NCBI GenBank assembly: GCA_963719225.1
Contig: CAVRAY010000002.1
Location: 544,001 to 608,000 of the forward strand
DNA length: 64,000 nucleotides
Direction: 5' to 3'
From: Thermoanaerobaculia bacterium
GTDB taxonomy: Bacteria > Acidobacteriota > Thermoanaerobaculia > UBA5066
The notes under the pieces were generated by a model, which saw only the letters and a program-made list of their open reading frames with translations, searched no databases and was not told where the DNA came from. Shown here piece by piece: positions 9,922 to 19,084 of the stretch (positions are counted from its first letter, which is position 1; every line of letters begins with the position of its first letter). The position numbers were made by a program, and so were the translations under genes.

Positions 9922-10257
9922 ACCCTTGGACAAGAGTTCCTTGACGGCTGCCTCGAGGCCCGGCAACTCTTCGTTAACCGCCTGCCAGACGATGTCGAGA
10001 TCGGCGACGAAGTACTGGTGCGCGAGGACGTCGCGCATTCGGGCAAACCCACGCCAGTCGACAGCGGGATGGCGCTCCGTGAGTGCCTCCGGGAGCTTCT
10101 TGATGGCTTCCCCGATGACCCCGAGGTTGTGGAGGACGGCGTCGCGCGTGCGCACGTCGGAATCGAGCGTCTGCCGCGACGCGCCCGCGAGGTAGGTCCG
10201 CACGCGGGTTGCGGCCTCGAGGATGTCCTCCAGGTAGAGCCTAAAGTCCCGGGACAT
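9910..10257 (-). CDS. HEPN/DUF86 (HepT-like) RNase toxin
   Basis: YLEDILEA...IGEAIKKLP...RDVLAHQY (RxxxxHxY). Confidence 0.9.
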   Translation of the reverse strand: MSRDFRLYLEDILEAATRVRTYLAGASRQTLDSDVRTRDAVLHNLGVIGEAIKKLPEALTERHPAVDWRGFARMRDVLAHQYFVADLDIVWQAVNEELPGLEAAVKELLSKGGGG

Positions 10258-10570
10258 CCTGGGCTTCTGCGAGGACCCTCTCGCGAACGAGGGGCCTGAT
10301 CGTCTCGCGGATCACGAGGTCCACCTTGTGTCCGAGCAGTTTCTCGAGGAAGTCTGCGAGGCCCATGTAGTTCCGGAACGTCTTCCTGTCGAAGTCGACG
10401 AGGAAGTCGAGATCGCTCTCGGGCCGCGCCTCACCTCGAACGGTCGAACCGAACAATGAAAGCCGCCGGACGCCAAAGGCCTTTAGCGCACCGACCTCAC
10501 CCGCAAGGGCAGTAAGGACGTCCTCGGCGCGGAGCGCTTGGTGGTGGGGCCGATGGGCTATGGTACGCAT
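10241..10570 (-). CDS. minimal nucleotidyltransferase (MNT) antitoxin
   Basis: LFGSTVRGEARPESDLDFLV (GSx10DxD). Confidence 0.9.
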   Translation of the reverse strand: MRTIAHRPHHQALRAEDVLTALAGEVGALKAFGVRRLSLFGSTVRGEARPESDLDFLVDFDRKTFRNYMGLADFLEKLLGHKVDLVIRETIRPLVRERVLAEAQDVPGL

Positions 10571-10657
10571 GGCTGGCCGATTATCGCTCTCCGGCCGAGG
10601 GTCTGGACTTGCCCTGATTTCAAGCGATAGGATTTGCCCCGCCACCGGGGGTACATC

Positions 10658-12216
10658 GATGAAGCGGTCGCTCATATCGGCCTTGGCTTCGCTTCTCCTC
10701 ACGGTAGACGTCCGGGCGGCCGAGCCTCGCTGGACGGTCGAATTCAAGGAAGGCGCGCACACATTCCTGACGGCGACGGGCCTCGAGGTCGGGCAGAAGA
10801 CAAGTCCCGGGGCGATCGCGGGTTACCTCGTCATCAGGCTTCCCGCCGACGTCGACCCCGCCACGACAAATCGCGGGATCTTTCTCGGTCGCGTGCGTGT
10901 GCCCGAGCGCCGGGTCACGTGGCTGAAGGAGGACGCAGTAAAGGTGCGCGACACGGTCAAGGACCGCAGCGGGCGCCCGATCAACCCCACGAACGCTACG
11001 TGGACGGTCGAGATCGGGGAGCCTCGCGCGCGTCCGAACGACTCCGGTCCGGCGCGCAACACCCTCAAATTGAAGTTCACGACCGAGGTCGACCCGGCGA
11101 CGTACGCGGACGGGATCGTCGTGGAGAAACAGGTCGCGAGCGGGTGGGAAGAGGAGCCGCGGGGCAGCGCGACGATCGCACCGAGCGCGCACGGCGGCTC
11201 GGTTAACGATATCGGACTCCGGCCGCTGGGCGGATGGGAGCGCGGCTCGACGTACCGCGTGCGCGTCACGGAGGCGATCCGCGACGTGCGCGGACAGCCG
11301 CTGACGAACGCCGAGGACTTCAGCTTCACCGTGCCGAAGTCCGGGCCGTTCGACACGCGCCACGAGCCGAAGCGGCCCGTGGCGCAGGCGAGCGCACAGG
11401 CGGCATCAGCAGGGCCGGCGTTCCCGGGCGGGCAGGCGCTCGGGTGGCACGGGCACTGGACGGACCCCGTCACCGGCCTGATCTACATGCGCCACCGCTG
11501 GTACGACCCGCGGACGGGGACGTTCCTCTCGCCGGACCCGCTGGAGGACATCGACTGGCCGAACCAGTACCTGTTCGGAGCGGGTAGGCCGCACGAAGTG
11601 GTGGATCCGCTGGGGCTGGCGGTGACGGTGAAGTGGGAGAAAGGCGTTCTCTGCAGGGGCTGTCTGACGTTTGGCGCCGACCTCGGGTTGACGATGGGAG
11701 GAACCGGAGTTCCAGTTCGCAAAGGACGTGGCCGGTGTCTATCTGCCCCGTCTCTTCGCCAGGCCGCGGCCTCGGGTTGCCACAGCCGGTGTCAGAGGTT
11801 CGGCCCCGATTGGTCCGGTGGGTCCGGTTCAGGCACTCGAGCCGGGGCAATGGGTGAGAGCCAGCGAGTCCATGAGTGCACGCGCTGCGGCCTACCAAAC
11901 GCAGATCTCTGGCCGGGCCGCCGGTGAGGTCTACCTGGTGGACGGAGTGAATTTCGATGCATTTCGCGGCGGAACGCTCCTCGACGCGAAGGGCCCGGGC
12001 TATGCGACCTTTACGAAAGACGGACGCTTTCGGGAGTTCTTTCAGGGTGCCGAGGATCTGCTTAGCCAGGCGGCTCGACAGGTGCGGGCCGCTGGCAAGA
12101 CATCCATCGAATGGCATGTCGCCGAAAGGGAGGCCGCCGACGCCATCACGACGTTGTTGCGTGAGGCGGGCTATTCTTCTCGGATCAATGTTGTCTTCAC
12201 ACCTCCAGTGCCGTGA
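10658..12216 (+). pseudogene. mini-Rhs toxin 2 with Tox-REase-5 C-terminus, frameshifted near 11690
   Basis: Paralog of 5144-6188 up to DPLGL; CT in another frame AAAYQTQISG...NFDAF...LLDAKGPGY...QAARQ...IEWHVAE. Confidence 0.82.
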
Positions 12217-12941
12217 TGGCGGATAGCTTCGTTGTCGGCGCCTACTGGGGGAGCCGGTCGGAGATGCCGGAGGGCTGCGCACAAAGGCTGAATCAACTGC
12301 TCGCCGGGCTGAAGTCCCTGGACCCGGTGTTTGCTGGATGGTTCGCAAAAGGGCCTTCTGCGGGAATAGACCGAACAAAGAATCTCTCGCCCGCGGACAT
12401 CAATGATCTCGCTATGCGTGGAGTGAATCGGCGCGACCTCGGCGCCTCGCCCATCCCTGCGCTTGGCGTGCGAATCGGAGTTTGGAACGGCGGCCGCGAG
12501 GGAACGACCGCGGTGGGCATCAGCACGCGCTGTGGCTCCTTCGATGAGTCCGGCGGCGTGCCGGCCTTGAACTCACTTCTCATCAGCCTGCCGAATCAAG
12601 GCCCGGACGCCGATCGCATTCTCAACATCGAGGCACTTGAAGAAATGCTCGAAGTGGTCGTTCGCGCCTACGACCCGGACTGGGCGGTCGTGGCATCACG
12701 AGAACACATGAAGCTGTGGCCTTCTGGTCCTGAGGGCGGGCCCCACGCGGGCTGGATCACATATCTGTCCAGACGAAATAGAGAAGCGACGTTGGCGGCC
12801 AACGGTTTGGCCCTGAAACGCCTTGAGTTCGCTGCTTTCGGGACAGCCTGGGTCACGACGGAGGAGAGGTTTTCTCTTAGCAACCCCACTCACATCGCAC
12901 AGGGGCGCGTGTTGGAACAAGCCATCAGCCGAAGACCGTAG
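12213..12941 (+). CDS. Imm52-family immunity protein
   Basis: GAYWGSRSE..C...LDPVFAGWF...WNG...GWITY; overlaps the toxin stop; Imm52 is the usual Tox-REase-5 partner. Confidence 0.8.
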   Translation: MMADSFVVGAYWGSRSEMPEGCAQRLNQLLAGLKSLDPVFAGWFAKGPSAGIDRTKNLSPADINDLAMRGVNRRDLGASPIPALGVRIGVWNGGREGTTAVGISTRCGSFDESGGVPALNSLLISLPNQGPDADRILNIEALEEMLEVVVRAYDPDWAVVASREHMKLWPSGPEGGPHAGWITYLSRRNREATLAANGLALKRLEFAAFGTAWVTTEERFSLSNPTHIAQGRVLEQAISRRP

Positions 12942-12987
12942 ACGAATGTAGTGTCACCCGACCAGTCTCACTGCGGGTGTGTGCAGC

Positions 12988-13652
12988 GCTCTGGAGCGGG
13001 AGATGGGTGTGTCCCTCTTCGCGCGGGAGGGTCGCGGAAAGAGGCTGACGGCGGCGGGAGCGAGGCTGGCCGCGAAGGCCGCGGGCATCCCGGAGGGCGC
13101 GCGGCGATTGAAGGAGGATGTCGCCGGAGAGCCGGAGGTGCCCCGGGGGCCGGTGCGGGTGGGGGCCGGCGAGGCCGCCATCGTCTACTTCCTGCTTCCG
13201 CTTCTTCGACGGATTCGCGAGGCGTACCCGTCCCTGGCTCTCGAGGTGCGAAACCAGCGCGACATGGAGTCGTTCGATCAGTTGCTCGCGGGCGAGCTGG
13301 ACCTGGCGGTTCGGTCCCGGGAGGCGCTGCCGCACGGTTTGAGGTTCGAGCCGCTGTTCGCGTCGGATCGAATGCTGATCGTGCCGCGTGGTCACGAGCT
13401 GGCGGGGAAGAAGCGCCCGACGCTCAGAGACCTCGCTCGCCATGCGTTCGTGATCCCCCCGGCGGGTTCGACGTCGCGCCGCCTGATCGAGGCCGCGTTC
13501 CTGCGGGCCGGCCTGAGGCTGGAGATCGCGATGGAGGCGGGAGGCTGGATGTCCATGGGCTGGTGACGCGGGAGGGCACCGCCGCCTCATCCGCAACGGC
13601 CGCCGTGAGGAGGGTGCTGGAGGAGGCGGGGAGGAGGGTGGGGTAGGGGGGG
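12988..13652 (+). repeat. LysR-derived repeat copy 5
   Basis: Near identical to copy 1; about 120-bp deletion ggaggctgg/atgtccatgg at about 13548. Confidence 0.95.
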
Positions 13653-13681
13653 ACCCACCTACGCCACGATAGAATGCTCGA

Positions 13682-13927
13682 GTGAGCCGAGACCCGCTGC
13701 TCGCCAGAATCACGCTGGACCCCAAGGTCATGGTGGGGCAACCCGTGGTCCGTGGCACGCGCCTGACCGTCTCCTTCATCCTGGGCCGTCTCGCCCACGG
13801 ATCCGCGGTGGAGGACCTGCTGAGCGAGTATCGCGGGCTGACCCAGGAAGACGTTCAGGCCTGCCTGCTCTTCGCTGCGGAAGCGGTGGGCGACAACACC
13901 TTCGCCCCCCTCGCCAACGCGAAGTAA
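13682..13927 (+). CDS. DUF433 antitoxin
   Basis: RITLDPKVMVGQPVVRGTRLTV...LTQEDVQACL; leaderless GTG 6 nt after TAGAAT. Confidence 0.9.
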   Translation: MSRDPLLARITLDPKVMVGQPVVRGTRLTVSFILGRLAHGSAVEDLLSEYRGLTQEDVQACLLFAAEAVGDNTFAPLANAK

Positions 13928-14111
13928 GTGCGTTTTCTCGTCGACGAATCGACGGGGCCTGACGTGGCGCGGTGGCTTCGAGCGCCCGGCAAACAAGAAG
14001 GCGGTTCTGGAGAGGCTCCTTCAGGGGCACGGTAAGGACATTCCCGGCAGTTTCGTCGTCGTGTCGGAGGACACCGTGAGGATCACGCGGTTCTCGGGTG
14101 GCGGGAGCTGA
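13928..14111 (+). pseudogene. DUF5615 (PIN-like) toxin with central deletion
   Basis: VRFLVDESTGPDVARWLRA joined out of frame to C-terminal ERPANKKAVLERLL...FVVVSEDTVRI. Confidence 0.75.
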
Positions 14112-14433
14112 GGCGTACCCGTCCCTGGCTCTCGAGGTGCGAAACCAGCGCGACATGGAGTCGTTCGATCAGCTGCTCGCGGGCGAGCTGGACCTCGCGG
14201 TTCGGTCCCGGGAGGCGCTGCCGCACGGTTTGAGGTTCGAGCCGCTGTTCGCGTCGGATCGAATGCTGATCGTGCCGCGTGGTCACCTCAGAAACCCCTC
14301 GCTCGCCATGCGTTCGTGATCCCCCCGGCGGCTGTCCATGGGCTGGTGACGCAGGAGGGCACCGGCGCCTCATCCGCAACGGCCGCCGTGAGAAGGGTGC
14401 TGGAGGAGGCGGGGAGGAGGGTGGGGTAGGGGG
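14110..14433 (+). repeat. LysR-derived repeat copy 6 (shortest with full 3' end)
   Basis: gaggcgtacccg...ggggtaggggg with two internal deletions. Confidence 0.95.
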
Positions 14434-14448
14434 TAACATTCTGAAGGT

Positions 14449-14772
14449 ATGAGCCCCGCGCAAGTGCTTTCAAGCGGACGGATTACGGTGCCTCGGGAGG
14501 CCATTGCGGGCTTCTGCCGGAAGCACCACATCCGGCGGCTGGCTCTGTTCGGGTCGGTGCTTCGAGACGACTTTCGAGGTGACAGCGACGTGGACGTCCT
14601 GGTCGAGTTCGAACCCACCCACGTTCCCGGGTTCTTCGGGCTTTTCGGAATGGAGCAGGAGCTTGGGGAGATCGTCGGCCGCAAGGTGGACCTGAACACG
14701 CCGGGCTCGCTGAGCAAGTACTTCCGGGCCCGGGTATTGGCCGAGGCCGTGCCGCTGCATGACGCGGCATGA
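14449..14772 (+). CDS. MNT antitoxin
   Basis: [22 protein letters not shown]. Confidence 0.9.
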   Translation: MSPAQVLSSGRITVPREAIAGFCRKHHIRRLALFGSVLRDDFRGDSDVDVLVEFEPTHVPGFFGLFGMEQELGEIVGRKVDLNTPGSLSKYFRARVLAEAVPLHDAA

Positions 14773-15097
14773 CGAGGACGCGCGCCTCCGGCACATGCTG
14801 GACGCTTCGCGCGAGGCCGTCGGCTTCGCGAAAGGGAGATCGAGAGCAGACCTGCACGCCGACCGCGGCTTGCAGCTGATTCTCACGAGGCTTCTCGAAA
14901 TTGTCGGCGAGGCGGCGAACAAGGTGCCGCAGGCGACACGCGACCTCTACCCTGAGATTCCCTGGTCGGCCGCGATCGCGATCCGAAACCGCCTGATCCA
15001 CGGCTACGAGGACGTCGACCTCGACATCGTCTGGCAGACTGTCAACGAGGATCTGCCGAAGTTGATCCGGGCACTGGAGATCGCTGTCGGCGGGTAA
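14759..15097 (+). CDS. HEPN/DUF86 toxin
   Basis: EIVGEAA...EIPW...RNRLIHGY. Confidence 0.9.
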   Translation: MTRHDEDARLRHMLDASREAVGFAKGRSRADLHADRGLQLILTRLLEIVGEAANKVPQATRDLYPEIPWSAAIAIRNRLIHGYEDVDLDIVWQTVNEDLPKLIRALEIAVGG

Positions 15098-15117
15098 AGG
15101 GACGACGCAACGACGTT

Positions 15118-15711
15118 CTACCTTTTCCCCTTCGGCGCCTGCGGCCGGAACAGCTTGAGGATCTCGTTGACCAGGTTCAGATCGAAACGTTCCGGGTTGT
15201 ACCGCGGGCCGGCCCAGGTTCGCACGCGGTCGTGCTCCTCGTGCGCCGGGTCGCGCCAGGCCTCGAGAAACCCCACGTAGCCGCCGGTGCCTCCGCAGTC
15301 CTCGGGCGGTGCGGCACGGGCGCCTCCGAGACAGACCGGATAACGGATGGCGGGGTCGGGCGAGAAGCGCTTCTCGACGGCGATGTCGTGGATCCAGTCG
15401 TCCCCGAAGTCGTACGTGTACGAGAAGCGCGTGACGTCGCGTGTCACGAGGTCGCCGAGCCGCGTCATGCGCGGGTGACGGGGACGGACGTCCTCCGGGA
15501 ATTCCGGGTCGGGTTCTGTCACTCGCGACGTCCCGACCTCGAACGCGTAGAGGTGGCTGTGCTCCCACCCGAAAGACCACTGGATGATCTCGTGAAGGAG
15601 ATGGAACGTGCGCGTGTTCGTGACGTGAATGACGCGATAGATCGGCCGCTCGACGTCGCGGATCCGAATCCGGAGCTGAAGGACCTCTTCAGGGAAAGCG
15701 GCGGGTTTCAT
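15118..15711 (-). CDS. plasmid pRiA4b ORF-3 family protein
   Basis: LHEIIQWSFGWEHSHLYAF...YTYDFGDDWIH...PPEDCGG. Confidence 0.88.
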   Translation of the reverse strand: MKPAAFPEEVLQLRIRIRDVERPIYRVIHVTNTRTFHLLHEIIQWSFGWEHSHLYAFEVGTSRVTEPDPEFPEDVRPRHPRMTRLGDLVTRDVTRFSYTYDFGDDWIHDIAVEKRFSPDPAIRYPVCLGGARAAPPEDCGGTGGYVGFLEAWRDPAHEEHDRVRTWAGPRYNPERFDLNLVNEILKLFRPQAPKGKR

Positions 15712-15729
15712 CGAGCACATTGTGCGCGG

Positions 15730-16373
15730 GGCCGCCGCGCGTCTGAACAAATCACAGCCGGCCGTGACGATGACGGTGAAGGCTCTCGAGCGGGGAAAGA
15801 GGCTGACGGCGGCGGGAGCGAGGCTGGCCGCGAAGGCCGCGGGCATCCTGGAGGGCGCGCGGCGATTGAAGGAGGACGTCGCCGGAGAGCCGGAGGTGCC
15901 CCGGGGGCCGGTGCGGGTGGGAGGGGATTCGGATTCGCGAGGCGTACCCGTCTCTGGCTCTCGAGGTGCGAAACCAGCGCGACATGGAGTCGCTCGATCA
16001 GTTGCTCGCGGGCGAGCTGGACCTGGCGGTTCGGTCCCGGGAGGCGCTGCCGCACGGCTTGAGGTTCGAGCCGCTGTTCGCGTCGGATCGAATGCTGATC
16101 GTGCCGCGTGGTCACGAGCTGGCGGGGAAGAAGCGTCCGACGCTCAGAGACCTCTCTCGCCATGCGTTCGTGATCCCCCCGGCGGGTTCGACGTCGCGCC
16201 GCCTGATCGAGGCCGCGTTCCTGCGGGCCGGCCTGAGGCTGGAGATCGCGATGGAGGCGGGAGGCTGGCTGTCCATGGGCTGGTGACGCGGGAGGGCACC
16301 GGCGGCGCCTCATCCGCAACGGCCGCCGTGAGGCGGTTGCTGGAGGAGGCGGGGAGGAGGGTGGTGTAGGGGG
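15730..16373 (+). repeat. LysR-derived repeat copy 7
   Basis: Same 5' start as copy 1 (ggccgccgcgcgtctgaacaa); several deletions; third G-tract changed to GGTG. Confidence 0.95.
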
Positions 16374-16388
16374 TAACATTCTGCTGGT

Positions 16389-16712
16389 ATGAGCCCCGCG
16401 CAAGTGCTTTCAAGCGGACGGATTACGGCGCCTCGAGAGGCCGTTGCGGGCTTCTGCCGGAAGCACCACATCCAGCGGCTGGCTCTGTTCGGGTCGGTAC
16501 TTCGAGACGACTTTCGCCCCGAGAGCGACGTGGATGTCCTGGCCGAGTTCGAGCCCGGGGGCGTGCCGGACTTTTTCGAGCTGGTCGGAATGAAAGAAGA
16601 GCTTTCTTCGATCTTCGGCCGCCGGGTGGACCTCAAGACCCCGAACTCTCTGAGTCCGTATTTCCGCGACCGGGTTCTCGCCGAAGCTTTCCGCCTCCAT
16701 GACGCGGCATGA
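16389..16712 (+). CDS. MNT antitoxin (paralog of 14449)
   Basis: [19 protein letters not shown]; 5' half nearly identical to 14449. Confidence 0.9.
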   Translation: MSPAQVLSSGRITAPREAVAGFCRKHHIQRLALFGSVLRDDFRPESDVDVLAEFEPGGVPDFFELVGMKEELSSIFGRRVDLKTPNSLSPYFRDRVLAEAFRLHDAA

Positions 16713-17034
16713 CGAGCTGATTCGCCTTCAGCACATGCTGGACGCGGCCCGTGAGGCGGTCGAGCTCGTCCGCGGTCGGACCTCGCAGCAAATCGAGGAA
16801 GACCGCCTTCGGGTGCTCGCACTCGAGAGGCTGTTCGAGATCATCGGAGAAGCGGCTGCACAGACCTCTGACGGCGTCCGGGCGCGATACCCGGAGATTC
16901 CGTGGAGCCGGATCGTCGGGATGCGCAACGAGATCATCCACGGCTATTCGACGATCGATCTCGAGATAGTCCTCAAGACGGTGGAGAACCGGCTCCCAGC
17001 GCTGATCAGGCAACTCGAAGCGGCTCTGAAGTAG
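16699..17034 (+). CDS. HEPN/DUF86 toxin
   Basis: EIIGEAA...EIPW...RNEIIHGY. Confidence 0.9.
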   Translation: MTRHDELIRLQHMLDAAREAVELVRGRTSQQIEEDRLRVLALERLFEIIGEAAAQTSDGVRARYPEIPWSRIVGMRNEIIHGYSTIDLEIVLKTVENRLPALIRQLEAALK

Positions 17035-17051
17035 TCGGCTGCTCCTGACGC

Positions 17052-17465
17052 AGGATTCGCGAGGCGTACCCATCCCTGGCTCTCGAGGTGCGAAACCAGC
17101 GCGACATGGAGTCGTTCGATCAGTTGCTCGCGGGCGAGCTGGACCTGGCGGTTCGGTCCCGGGAGGCGCTGCCGCACGGCTTGAGGTTCGAGCCGCTGTT
17201 CGCGTCGGATCGAATGCTGATCGTGCCGCGTGGTCACCCCAGAGACCTCTCTCGCCATGCGTTCGTGATTCCCCCGGCGGGTTCGACGTCGCGCCGCCTG
17301 ATCGAGGCCGCGTTCCTGCGGGCCGGCCTGAGGCTGGAGATCGCGATGGAGGCGGGAGGCTGGATGTCCATGAGCTGGTGACGCGGGAAGGCACCGGCGC
17401 CTCATCCGCAACGGCCGCCGTGAGGCGGTTGCTGGAGGAGGCGGGGAGGAGGGCGGGGTAGGGGG
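17052..17465 (+). repeat. LysR-derived repeat copy 8
   Basis: aggattcgcgaggcgtaccc...ggggtaggggg. Confidence 0.95.
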
Positions 17466-17584
17466 CTATCTGGCCACCACCCGAGGAGAGCCCGGCGAAG
17501 GACGAGCCGTTCGACGTGACGTGCGTCCCCGGCTTCTACGACGGCGAGGGCGACCTCTGCGGCGGGGCCTTTTCTTGGCCCGGT

Positions 17585-17926
17585 CTACGGTGTGGCAGGG
17601 CTGCCGAGGATTTCGATTACCTTGGCCTTCAACGCAGGCACGTCCCGCGCAACGGCGACCCAGACTTCCTCGAGGTCAATGCCGAAGTAGTCGTGTACGA
17701 GGATGTTCCGCATGGCGGCTATCTGACTCCACGGGACATCCGGGTGCGCGGCGCGAATCCCCTCCGAAAGGCCACGCACAGCTTCGCCAATGATCTGAAG
17801 GTGATGGACGATCCAGGTCTGGACCAACTCGTCGCCGTCAAACGGAGTCCGGCCGCCGCTCGCATACTTCTCGATGCGCTCGATCGCCTCAAGGATGTCT
17901 TCGAGGCGTTGCCGGTCCCGCTTCAA
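17585..17926 (-). CDS. HEPN/DUF86 toxin
   Basis: LEDILEAIERI...IIGEA...RNILVHDY. Confidence 0.9.
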   Translation of the reverse strand: MKRDRQRLEDILEAIERIEKYASGGRTPFDGDELVQTWIVHHLQIIGEAVRGLSEGIRAAHPDVPWSQIAAMRNILVHDYFGIDLEEVWVAVARDVPALKAKVIEILGSPATP

Positions 17927-18213
17927 AGCGGAACGGCCTCTTTCAGGACTCGGTCCCGGATTCGGGACCGCAGCCCGCGGGCGACGGCGACGTCGACTCT
18001 GCGGCCGAGCAAGGCTTCGAGCTCTATCACCAGGGCGGCGTGATCGAGAAGGCTACGGCCGGGCTCGAGATCGACGAGCAGGTCCACGTCGCTATCCGCC
18101 GAAGCTTCGCCGCGCGCGACTGATCCAAACACGCGCACGTTGCCCGCTCCGTGGGCCTTGGCCGCGCGGAGGATCGCAGGCCGGTTCTCGCTGAGGAATT
18201 CTTCGATTCCCAT
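17923..18213 (-). CDS. MNT antitoxin
   Basis: VFGSVARGEASADSDVDLLVD; RBS GAGG and TACAAT upstream. Confidence 0.9.
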   Translation of the reverse strand: MGIEEFLSENRPAILRAAKAHGAGNVRVFGSVARGEASADSDVDLLVDLEPGRSLLDHAALVIELEALLGRRVDVAVARGLRSRIRDRVLKEAVPL

Positions 18214-18243
18214 GGTCGCCTCAAGGAGATTGTAGTCGCTGGG

Positions 18244-18595
18244 GATCAGTTGCTCGCGTGCGAGCTGGACCTGGCGGTTCGGTCCCGGGAGGCGCTGCCG
18301 CACGGTTTGAGGTTCGAGCCGCTGTTCGCGTCGGATCGAATGCTGATCGTGCCGCGTGGGTCACCTTAGAAACCCCTCGCTCGCCATGCGTTCGTGATCC
18401 CCCCGGCGGGTTCGACGTCGCGCCGCCTGATCGAGGCCGCGTTCCTGCGGGCCGGCCTGAGGCTGGAGATCGCGATGGAGGCGGGAGGCTGGATGTCCAT
18501 GGGCTGGTGACGCGGGAGGGCACCGGCGCCTCATCCGCAACGGCCGCCGTGACCCGGTTGCCGGAGGAGGCGGGGAGGAGGGTGGGGTGGGGGGG
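18244..18595 (+). repeat. LysR-derived repeat copy 9
   Basis: gatcagttgctcgc...; stop codon changed TAG to TGG with G-tracts retained. Confidence 0.95.
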
Positions 18596-18814
18596 CTAAG
18601 CGACTTGATAGATGGCAGGCTTGAACGACGGGGGCGGGATCGGCTTTCCCGCCTCCTTGGCAGCCTCCAGCCAGGCGGCCTTCGCCTTCAACACTTCCTC
18701 GAGCGCCTTTTCAGGCGTCTCTCCAAAGGCGGAGCAGTGCGGCAGATCGGGGATATCGGCGATGTAACCGCCATCCTCGTCGCTCTGGAAGATGTTGATG
18801 TGGTAGTCCTTCAT
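18596..18814 (-). CDS. hicB: HicB-family antitoxin
   Basis: YHINIFQSDEDGGYIADIPDLPHCSAFGETPEKAL. Confidence 0.9.
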   Translation of the reverse strand: MKDYHINIFQSDEDGGYIADIPDLPHCSAFGETPEKALEEVLKAKAAWLEAAKEAGKPIPPPSFKPAIYQVA

Positions 18815-19058
18815 TCGTCGCCTGCGAGCTTTAGATTATGCCGCTCTACGAGTTGGAGCAACTGCTTGATCTGATAAGGCTTGGCCTGTCCGTGAACTTC
18901 CTGGAGATTCAGGAGCTGCGGGATTGCACGAAGATGTGGTGGCTCCCACTTACGCGACTGAGACGGAACCCGAAGGCCTCAGCGAGCGCCCGGGCCTCGG
19001 CGAACCTGAAGTTGTTTGGAGAGGCCAGCGCCCTCTGGAGGAGCTTTCGGGGGTTCAT
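18811..19058 (-). pseudogene. hicA: HicA toxin, frameshifted near 18925
   Basis: MNPRKLL...RVSGSHHIFV then shifted IPQLLNLQEVHGQAKPYQIKQLL. Confidence 0.82.
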
Positions 19059-19084
19059 TGGCTGAACCTAAACCTAGCACGCCT

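Noticed and set aside
494-16369. lysR copies as functional regulators
   Set aside because: All lack the HTH N-terminus and most carry frameshifts or deletions
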